Source of the DNA: Penicillus capitatus
Taxonomy: Eukaryota; Plantae; Chlorophyta
Direction of reading: 5' to 3'
DNA length: 64,000 nucleotides
Assembly: GCA_965649825.1 (NCBI GenBank)
Contig: OZ287694.1
Span: forward strand, 62,001-126,000
Shown here one piece after another: positions 51,001 to 59,500 of this stretch (position 1 is its first letter; every line of letters starts with the position of its first letter). The notes beneath the pieces were generated by a model. The model was not told where the DNA came from. It did not search any database and saw only the letters and a program-made list of their open reading frames with translations. The translations under genes and the position numbers were made by a program.

Positions 51001-53457
51001 TTCTGTTGGTTTGCCCGTCGTGGCGACTGCTGAGGCGGCGGAGGCGGTGGCGACTGCTGAGGCGGCGGAGGCGGTGGCGACTGCTGAGGCGGCGGAGGCG
51101 GTGGCGACTGCTGAGGCGGCGGAGGCGGTGGCGACTGCTGAGCCGACTCCTGGGTGGTCTGTTCTTGAGTCAGTTGTTGCGCCTGAGCCCTTTGTCCCCG
51201 CATCAGATTCCACACGATTCTGAGTAGCCAGCAAATCCCCTGGGTTATGGCTACGATTCGCATCACAACCTTGCGGATGTTCCTGAATACATTCAAAATC
51301 CACGCGGCGACGTTGTATAGAAGCATAGCAGCGCCTACCAACTGCCAGCCGTTCCCCGTAGCCAGGGCGCTACGAATTGCTTTGATTCCAAATTTATCCC
51401 ATAGTGAGCCTAACACCCATGTAACTGCGTTATCACGGGTACCGGTTAGCCATTTTATAGAGCGGTCGAGGAATGTATCATTCCCGTGACCGCTCTCCCA
51501 ACCGTTAGCCTGGCTTTCGCAGATGCAATCGTCTAGAGCCGTCTTCATGTTGCCTGTGTGTTCGTTGATCTTGTTTATTGTCTCGCGGATATTATTGAGA
51601 GTGTCATTGAGGTGCTGCCAATCGACGTTAGAACTCTTAGCATGTGACTCTTGTGACGTTTCAGGTCCTTGGTTGTCTGTCGACGAACCATTTACCGTGA
51701 TGTTCAGGAACTGGGTGATGCCGTCCAAGGTCTCTGCGACGTGTCGCACTTCTCCTACGAGAGAGGACTTCCTAGATGGGAAGTTGTTGATGATCGAGAC
51801 TGTCGCAGTCGTCAACAAACTCGCTGGGGAGAATACGGACAACACACCTCTGTTTGTCGCCCAGTTGACGATCCCATGAGCAGTAAGACCTACGACAGCA
51901 CTAGTGATCATTGCGTCAATATAGTCTGGCCAAGTGATGTCGATTCCCATTCTGAAGTCGGGGATCATGGACCAAGATTGCCCATCTTCGACAGGTAGAG
52001 CATCTCCCATCTCGTGCAAATTGAAGACATTTTCTGGAGGGAGTTCTTGTTCTGTCCATTGGTCTTCGGACTGTTCGGACTGTTCGGACTGTTCGGACTG
52101 TTCGGACTGTTCGGACTGTTCGGACTGTTCGGACTGTTCGGGATCGGATCGCGGAGCCTCCTCGTCGAATAGATCTTCCGCCAATTCTACCGGAATCTCG
52201 TATTCGTCATATTCGAGCTTGTAAGCTTCCGCGCTGGGTTCCGAATCCATCGGCAAGTCCGTATTAGTTTGTACGTCTTCATGTTCTGCGACGGGGATAG
52301 CGAACTCAAAACGCCTGCGGAGGGCTCTAGCTGAGCCGGCTATGGTGCGTCTGTCTTCTTCGGCATTTGTGTCTGTACACACGAGGTCATATATCTTCTG
52401 TCTAGATGCGTCCAGCACCGCTTTTGGTTCCCACGTCTGTGAATGAGGATTGCCCGGGATTAGTAGGAAGAAGGACATTCCTGTAGCCAGAATCGGCTTT
52501 CCTCCCCAATGTATCAATGAACCCTCGCCGAGAAGCATGATCAGCATATTGGCTTCCTCGTACGTAATGCCTTCGCTTGCGTCATAGAAGATGATGCCGT
52601 TAGGGCACTTTTTGACGAAGACCGCGATCTCCCTTTGAATTATTCTAGCCTCATTCACAGATTTGGATTGCGGTTTAATATACTTGAAACAGCTGCTCTT
52701 TTGCAGACTAGGCTCATTCTTGATTCCGTTAACCAGCGAGTCGCATGTACTTGTCGTACAGTAGAGAACTGTAGACGTCGCTTTATCGTAAAAATTGTTG
52801 TCTACCTTGTCGTTTATACTACGAGCAAGGTTATCGACATACTGATCTATCCAGTCTCCGCCACCGCGGATGTTTTCCTGGATGCTTGTTAGGGTTTTAT
52901 TCCGTAACCCTATTATTTCATCCTTCCAGCCAAACCATGAGCCGTGCGTGACGGCGGCAAAGTGTAGAAGAACCCACAACAGTATTGGAAGCACTCGCTC
53001 CGAAACCATGTCGCGTAGGTTTTTAGATGGAAACAATTTTAAAGGTGGGCGCACGTAGACCTGTGAAACGTAAAGTCTTACAAACGAAAGACGAGATCTG
53101 TACATCGACAACGCTTTTATAGGGTACTTTATTTAAGGAACAAAGAAGGAATATTCTGAGAAGATTCCGGAATCTACTTGGAATCTGTGACGTAGAGCCG
53201 CGGGTCTATTTGTGGATGGGAAGTTATAGAGAACCTACGACCTGTCACTTGGAGATCGACACAAGTGTAAGTAGATGAGCGCATTATCGTGAGCGCTACG
53301 CCTTAACACGACAACGTACCCATTGATAGGAGACGGTCACCAGAAGTAAACAGCTCAGAATAAAAATCACGGTGTGCGAGAAGAGAAGCGCATCTGCACG
53401 GAGATGATTATTTCCGAACAACGTGTTCAGTGCCGCAGGCAAAGCGCGCCGCTTCAT
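45021..53457 (-). CDS. GT31 beta-1,3-galactosyltransferase-like (copy 1); intron 1 carries the retrotransposon
   Basis: Exon 1 (53457-53320) encodes the TM anchor ending SYQW. Exon 2 begins at 46448. Later exons give RRHAIRQTW, DDSYNGLSNKT, MKADDDVYV, G..YLVSRD and EDAMVG. Intron-1 position matches the paralog. Confidence 0.8.
46481..46785 (-). repeat. 3' LTR
   Basis: Identical by eye to 53009-53313; terminal inverted TGTCG...CGACA. Confidence 0.95.
46790..46803 (-). promoter_or_regulatory. Polypurine tract
   Basis: AGAAGATAGGTGGG lies 4 nt before the 3' LTR and contains the pol stop codon. Confidence 0.7.
46795..49797 (-). CDS. pol: Pol: dUTPase-like domain, reverse transcriptase, RNase H, integrase (reached by -1 frameshift)
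   Basis: RT LPQG and YFDD; RNase H YTD...E...SDN...ADLLSR; integrase HHCC, LDFIG, CDNG, VEAFN and a GPY/F-like KLYSKWVYP. The frame stays open upstream to the slippery site. Confidence 0.95.
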   Translation of the reverse strand, partial: KKLRDQPVFQQAHDAQQKPHVKRLVLVKSNWNDETPPNRQEERLTPSPLQVTESIDRELFPFKQNGWIVFMAGRSFVLGPFRSRRIILPFKFSETTTWTAFFDCTHNKNIFCKVKVRTNGQISVVIFNQSDVPQHITSKMRLCCAKGDVESIVDVDGTEYPLRIKTKRVNIMSITTPIDKDAIVARLREEFPLVFSDTIRPTTSRLWDIRVRDRDLCWHGEPKPCWRENYVSDLTNEEISKEIDSLNKEGVIRPLSVAEAIHAVVAPLNFIRKPNGKIRPTIDFRDINTYLEGTQGGTIIPVSNIIQKVDPKWTVYTIVDIVHGYGSIPIDDSISLFFALHWNGVTYGFRRLPQGVNVSPELFNNRMTHILQGLDVVRYFDDILIGGETEEELLDKTKLLLKRFDEYGLTINCQKCDWFETSVSFLGTELSAGTLNPYHRAQAILQKLPTITSRHDVQKAMGLCQQLAQYCYKYDAIVTRLKPFLKREHNDYTKADEIYKDAVQSLCISTYRLTLERRGPFHLYTDWCGNPLNQFGYVLLNSTLQPVLFGSFTTKQRVGSFLGELMGIVRALKECYFVIKQTEVFVYSDNMATVNWLKEPTFLHKFKDLRIQRQHCWLRHHFSHDRLHFCFVEGKDNVIADLLSRWRDNAPVEFHTKKKQQGYQVNSVSLTPDERTELIKKAHAGHFGVKKTFLNLRSDGTRWTNDFNDVRDYVNNCETCQMFRNPRSEVDLGMIDSPSPNHTLCLDFIGPLNRGSHGFRYIATGIDAFTKFGVGRPCKTCSAAQAIKLVLEWARNFGAPQRILCDNGSAFIARSFESTCAQHGIDLLHTPTYSHKSAGTVEAFNRNLVNRLRRIWAEKGGDWTTHVSTSVHEINRTIHSTTLFCPQYLLTGTQRNGTTTSPQQLDTDRGLAYQRIIKAHQQNKTRHHKKVKNRSMEVGAEVSWYNSKLADRLDSKLYSKWVYPCVVVKEHSDHRWDIRMPNGSTLHNVHRDFLRRLDRR
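49763..49797 (-). promoter_or_regulatory. -1 programmed ribosomal frameshift signal
   Basis: In-phase A_AAA_AAC (49797-49791) directly before the ORF1 UGA, a 10-nt spacer, then the hairpin GCCUGUU-UUUC-AGCAGGC. The -1 frame is the pol frame. Confidence 0.85.
49788..53009 (-). CDS. gag: Membrane-protein/Gag/protease fusion polyprotein (1073 aa)
   Basis: Signal peptide, N-glycosylation sequons, TM helix, MHR-like [14 protein letters not shown], CCHC knuckle [14 protein letters not shown] and protease LLDTGA, all in one ORF. Confidence 0.9.
   Translation of the reverse strand: [1073 protein letters not shown]
51021..51140 (-). repeat. 27-bp coding tandem repeat (QQSPPPPPP x about 4.5)
   Basis: Perfect units GGCGACTGCTGAGGCGGCGGAGGCGGT on the + strand. 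Confidence 0.9.
52065..52140 (-). repeat. 9-bp coding tandem repeat (SEQ x about 8)
   Basis: TTCGGACTG x8 on the + strand. Confidence 0.9.
52991..53008 (-). promoter_or_regulatory. Primer binding site (initiator-Met-like)
   Basis: TGGTTTCGGAGC directly abuts the 5' LTR and differs at 2 positions from the plant iMet PBS TGGTATCAGAGC. Confidence 0.7.
53009..53313 (-). repeat. 5' LTR with TATA box and UGUAA poly(A) signal
   Basis: TATAAAAG at 53121-53114 and TGTAA at 53082-53078 on the minus strand. Confidence 0.92.
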
Positions 53458-53976
53458 TTTCTGAATAATATAGGAGACCGTGAGCATTGTCGATTGACGG
53501 CACGGTTGTTGGGCCTTCTGAAATACCCGCTTCTTTTTATCCGTCGGATCAGCGGCATTTCAGTTCGATCGACTGGACAGCGGAACCGTTTTGCACGCGG
53601 CTTGTTTTTAATGGGATTAAGACGATCGCTTGCGTGGCGAATTCGAAAACGTCTTCTATAAAATGCCTTTCGTCATTAAAGACGCCGCCTCTCTTCCTGG
53701 CGGCGGCTTTATTTCGAATGTGCACCATGCAGTGATGGTGGACACTAGCAGACAGACGAAGTTTATTGCATAGACGAAAACTGAATCATTATCACGACGG
53801 TTAGAACATGCTAAAAACACAACAGAAGCTGATGGCAGTTATATCCTGTACACTACGGCATGAACTCAACAAACGACGGCAGAAAAGAATGAAAGATGTT
53901 CTATGTCAGATGGGACAAGGAATGTGGAAAAGGTCATTCGTGGCGCCGACCTTGGTCAGTACTTTAGGTTTCTGGA

Positions 53977-55805
53977 TCACAATGTCTTCTGGCCATCTTC
54001 AAATCGCGAGTTGCGCCACTCGTACCAGGCAAACCAATCACCCGAAACAAAATCTCCAGAACTGCATCGAACCGTTTTGCTATCCCAAACGCCGTTTCTA
54101 TCTAATGTATGCAATGCATCGAAGCGCTCCGGAGCGTCAATATCGAGATGGATCACCTAGAAACCCAGCCATCGAAAAACGGAAGAGATGTGGCGGCGGC
54201 GGGGCATACGGCAGTCGCAGGTGTGCATTTTCGCCAGGAAGGTTTAAATCGGTAGTCGGAGTCCGGTGAAACGTAGTTGCTCACCAAGATGCCGACCATA
54301 ATGTCTTCGAGGTTGTGAAACTTGTGCTGCCATCTCGGCGCCGTTGTCGGCGTCAATTCCCATTTCTGATATCTCTTCAGCGCATGAAAGGCCACATCGC
54401 GGGAAAGAACGTAACCCCATCCAGCCAGATAAAGTGTCCCAGTCACCTCCTTAGCCATGTCGGCGTCAAACTCCCCGTACGGTTGATACCATTTCGACAT
54501 CGGATCGCGGAACGGCTTGAAGCCTCTTTGGTTTTCGATGTACCCTTTGTACACGTGTCGCATACGGGGCACCATATGTTCGTCGTTCAAGCTATTCAGC
54601 ACTTTCTTGATGCGGACGTAGACATCTTCATCCGTCTTCAGAACGTGTGTGTACTTGGCAGGATGTGACAGATAGTACTTAAGCATGCTGTGTGTCTTGT
54701 TGAAGAGATTCTCGTAGACGTCGCGCTGTCGGATGAAAGCAATATCGCCATGTTCGCGTATCTCTTTCTTCAGACGTCCAATCATCGTTCTATTGCATCC
54801 CTCTGGATCACACAAAAAAGAGTGAGATCCGAAAGCGCGCTCCTCAAAGACGCACCCGGTTGTCCGATGAAGAATCGGACCTCGATATCGACGCCCATCT
54901 CCTCGGCATCGCGCATCCACGTGCGGCGAATACCGTGACGGCGTTCTCGACTTTGTTCGCTGCAGGCGGTGGCCGTGACGGCAATGAACAGACGGATGTT
55001 GTCCATCTCGAGTCGACCTTCTTTGACATCTGTCCAGTAGATCAGCAAGCACACCGGGTGAGCAACGCAGGCTGTCACATCGCGTGCATCTTGCCTTGGA
55101 TCTCTGCCTGCTCGAGCTCTTCGTAGCGTATGTCTTCTTCGTGGGTGTAAGGGCGTCCAGGATAGAAGGCCTCCGAGAAGTCGACTTCGTTTCCTGCACC
55201 GCATAACGTTTTTTTCCTGGCGGCGGGCGATAAGGGTGGGCACCGGCAACTCCGAAATCTACCAACAGATCCTTCCGCTGAGAACGGTGCGTTGCAAAGG
55301 ATGCCGGGCGTATTTCTTTTGTCAGATTGCCAATGGCCATGGTTCTCGATAAGCCTCTCGATATCTGGTTCTCTGCCACGAAGAGACCTCGCTTCTCATT
55401 CACGGCGGCATCCTGACGCCCCTTGCGCTGTACCTCGACATGCATTCTCTGCACAGCACAGGAAACGATCCCTTATCATCTCCCACGATAGCGGAAAGGT
55501 CGATAGAGGTACCCATTCGTAGATAGTGCCTAGCAAAAAACCGCAGGAGGTGGCAAGGAAAAGACACACGAGGAGCATCGATTTCTTGGAACATAGGAAA
55601 TGCACATAGGCGTTCCATCGCCCTGAAGGGAATTCCCCATATAGAGCGTGCAGAGATATAGAGAGAGCGTCGGTCGACTTTGCTTGCTCGTGTCTTCAAC
55701 ATCCACCAGGTGCCGCGCATTGCTGTTGAGGCCCAGGTTAAAGAAGCTCTGCGTTGCGTCGAAGGTCTTGGGTCCTCGCGTCCTTGCCGAATAGCCGTAC
55801 GTCAT
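53977..55805 (-). CDS. GT31 beta-1,3-galactosyltransferase-like (copy 2)
   Basis: TM anchor ending IYEW|, RRHGIRRTW, DVYENLFNKT, LKTDEDVYV, GWGYVLSRD and LEDIMVG. Paralogous to copy 1. Confidence 0.88.
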
Positions 55806-56512
55806 GGTGCGGAAATGGAGGGCGCCTTCTCCGTAGCTAAAGCGAGAAGAAACGATGGATCGAATTCGGCCTGTGGTCAAATTTAGGCATCGGCGTTTTG
55901 CTAGCCGTCGGTTACATCGTCGTCCACGGATCTAAAGGTTCGAACGCGGCGAGGCCTTTGGTAATCGACCTTCCGACAACTGCCTCCATCGGCACAGCCA
56001 CGCGTCGCCCAAGGCAGAGATATGAACAAGGCAAAAGATCCAACGCCTCGTTGCCAAACCATAAACCATATGCTGTGGACGGACGCGAATTGGATAGGGA
56101 AAGGCTGTCCTGTACGCTGCCATTCCCGAAAGGCTGCGTTCCGAAGCCGTCGGGACGGAATTGGCGCAGACGCTCAGTATCGATCCACCCAGCGCGTCTC
56201 GTCAGGAGAGCGACCCTGAAGGCAGTCGTGACGTCTTTGACAGACGTGTCGGTCGTCTATCGCCGTCGACGCTGTCCAGCGGCAGTCGATGGGTAGGGTC
56301 TTCTGTACCAGGCCCAGCATCCGATGGGGGAGAAACCGTCATTAAAACGCGCCTTGGCAAACCTCCCGCTTATTGACATTCGGCAGCGACGGCCTCGTGA
56401 TATTCGTCTTCTCCGGGACAACGGTCCATCCGACGTCAGCGCAGAGAACGGAGCACACATTGTCTGCGTCTCTCTCCCAGTTTTGTGTTCCGTCCGTTAC
56501 GAAGAGCGGACG

Positions 56513-59500
56513 ATGTCTCGCGGGAGGCGGTTGCTGTTTTTCACGTGCCTGACGTGCCACACGGTATGGACTGCCGCCTTCGAGACGGGTCAGGAGCGGA
56601 TGGATGGGGAGCCTAACGGACGGAGCGGTAAGAGAACGCCGGACGGGCGAACTCCGCATCGCTACCGCGAGCGTTGTATCGAACCGTCGAACGAACTGCC
56701 CTGCGCGATACCGAACGCACTCACCAAGTTGTGAGATCGGTATGGCTGTGCAGATGATCGTCCCTGTCGTCTCACCAGAGAACAGCGGGATGGGATGCGG
56801 AACAAGAGCGAGGGCGTTTGGACGCTGACACGAACCTATCTCGAAGGACAGGAGAGCGACGTGCAGGCTGTGGTCAACTGCACCCGCAAAGGAGACCGTG
56901 TGCGATTACCAGCAGGGGCGACATTTGAACTGACCCACAGAATCGAGATTCCGTGGAAACTCACGCTGAGCAGTTTTGCCGAGTCTACGGGCAGGGCAAG
57001 CTCCACAGGCTCCCGGCAGCATGAAGGTGTGGTGTTGAGATGTCGACCAGGCGAAGGTGCTTTTCTCATCAAGTGATGTTCTCTCCTTTGCGGCGTCTGC
57101 GTCTGATGACGTGGGGGTTTAGATCTGGGGATGTTGTCTTGGAGGGCATCACGTTTGCGAACTGCTCTTTGGATGATGCGAGGGTGCATGGCGCCATTGT
57201 GGAGGTGGCGGATTGCTCGATGGCGTCTCGGTCTAACGACATCGTCCTGCGTCACGTGCACTTCCAACAGAACGCATTGCGAGGCGGCGCGGCTATCGAT
57301 GTCGGGCATCCCGCATGCGCCTCGGTTGAGATGCGTGATGTGACCTTCTCCCTTAACGAATGCTCGGGTGCGTGCTTCGGTCGTCTGGCCGCTAACAATA
57401 TCCTGAAGAATGTGAGAATGGAGCGGAATATGAAGTCTGATGATGACGAGCACGTCTTTGCTATGCTCTCCCTGCCGTCGGAATCCGACACGCAAGCCAC
57501 TGGACTGATCGCAAAAGGAAACGAATTGACGGTGGTGCTCGATGACTCTGGCGCAGCTAAATTGGAATTGAAGAAGTCGAAGTTTGTCGGGAATCGTGGA
57601 CGAAGCGCCATTCACTTGATGGGGACGAAAGAGGTTATGATCTCGAATTGCAGTTTTTCCAGGAATGCAGCAGAGGGGCTGAGTGGGGCTGGGCTCTTCT
57701 CCAAGAGCGTCGAGCGTCTCGACATGTCTAACTGCAATTTTGAGGAGAACGTTGCGAATGAAGGAGGAGCGATCACCTCTGAAAACACTTCGCTGAGAAT
57801 CGAGCACTGCGACTTCATCGGCAACCGTGCAGAGGAAAACGGCGGCGCGATTTTTGTCAGAGGTGGAGATTTGAAGATGTCCTCCTATTCTCGATGCACT
57901 ACCAACACAGCAAACACGTCTGCTGGCTGCATCTATCTCTCGCAGATGGATCGCTTTCGCATTGAGAGGACCAACTTCACTCAGAACAAGGCGATCGAGG
58001 AAGGCGGGGCATTAACCGTCAGGGAATCGAAAGGCAGAATGCAACACTGTATCCTCGAAAAAAACCGAGCCAATAGCGGTGGGGCAATGAGCATTGCTCG
58101 TCGGTCGAAGATCAAGATCATGGAGTCAGACATCCTCGCCAATAACGCCTCTCTCCATGAAGGCGGCGGTATCTGGATCAAAGAAGAATCCAGTATCACC
58201 CTTATCAATGTGACGTTGGATGAAAATTCTGCGGCGAAGTATGGAGGGTCTATCAGTATGTCGCACTCTAACTTGATCGCCCGAAACATGACGATTCAGA
58301 ATGGGTCTTGCGCGATGAACAAAGGCTGCGGCGGCGGAGGGATCCGAGCGAACGACGGCAGTCAGCTTAGGATATTTGACTCGACGTTCCTAAACAATAG
58401 CGCCAGTTATGGTGGAAGCTTGAGCTTCAAGAAGGCATCCGTGCACGTACGCCGTTCCGACTTCAACGATTCTCATGTCACGGCGCGTGGTGGGGCACTG
58501 AATGTCGAAGTGGGGTCCACATTGGTCCTCAAGCAATCAAAGATCAAAGGAAATGCAGCGAATCTAACCGGAGGGGGAATCCGATGTCGATCTGCGAACG
58601 TTACCATGCATCGTGGTCACTTACTCGACAACAAGGCTGACAAGCACGGCGGCGGCATCATTGCCTCAGACGCGTGTACTGTGATGATGAACGGGACTGT
58701 CGTTCGCCGCAATCGAGCAAAGCGTTACGGTGGAGGCCTCTGCCTTAAACTGAAAACCGTGACGAACCTCGCGGACATCATTTTTGAGGGAAACACTGCG
58801 GAGGCGAATGGTGGAGCCATCTACGTGAACGTAACACCCTCAGCGCCCATCACCATCACAACGTGCACGTTTGGCCGCAATGCAGCCAAGAACGGCGGAT
58901 CCATTGCTCTCAGGGAATCAACTGCCAAGATCGAAGATTCAGACTTCGCAAGAGGATCTGCCGAGTCGGGTGGAGGGTGCCTTTATATGGATCATCATAG
59001 CGACGTGGAGCTTTATGAGGTGAAAATGGCCAGATGCCGGTCAGACAACGGAGGTGCGATTCATGTCAAAGAATCTGTCCTGTCAGCCGAGCAGCTCAAA
59101 ATCCGTCACTGCCGGGCAAACCGATCGGGAGCTGGCGTCTTCTCAGCTCAGCGATCCAAGATGCGGTGCAGCTTCTGTAGATTTGAGGAGAATCATGCCG
59201 ACAGTACTGGCGGCGCCATATCGATTCTGTCACACAGCGATCCGCTGAGGCGGGCGTATCAGTTCTTCCACTGTCGCTTCCGCGAAAACCGTGCTCTCGT
59301 GGGAGGTGCGCGACGAAGAGATGCGTGCAAAAAGTGTAACCGTAGCACCTTTGTGTAGGGGCCATCCATTTGCTGAACGAGGAGGACGAGCACTGTGATG
59401 ATCCCATGGGGAACTGCACGTTCGTTGCGCTCGTTCGCAGCGCCTTCATCCAGAATTCCGCATCATTGGCCGGCGGCGCCGTCTTCGCCAGCAATCCAAA

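Larger units (their letters stand above)
46481..53313 (-). mobile_element. Full-length Ty3/gypsy-type LTR retrotransposon, 6833 bp
   Basis: 305-bp LTRs with TG...CA ends, ACGT TSD (46477-46480 and 53314-53317), PBS, PPT, and domain order PR-RT-RH-INT. Confidence 0.97.

Noticed and set aside
53010-53111. N-terminal extension of ORF1 into the LTR (MSMYRSRL...), duplicated at 46272-46583
   Set aside because: Its ATG lies about 9 nt after the TATA box, upstream of the expected TSS. The signal peptide fits a start at 53009.
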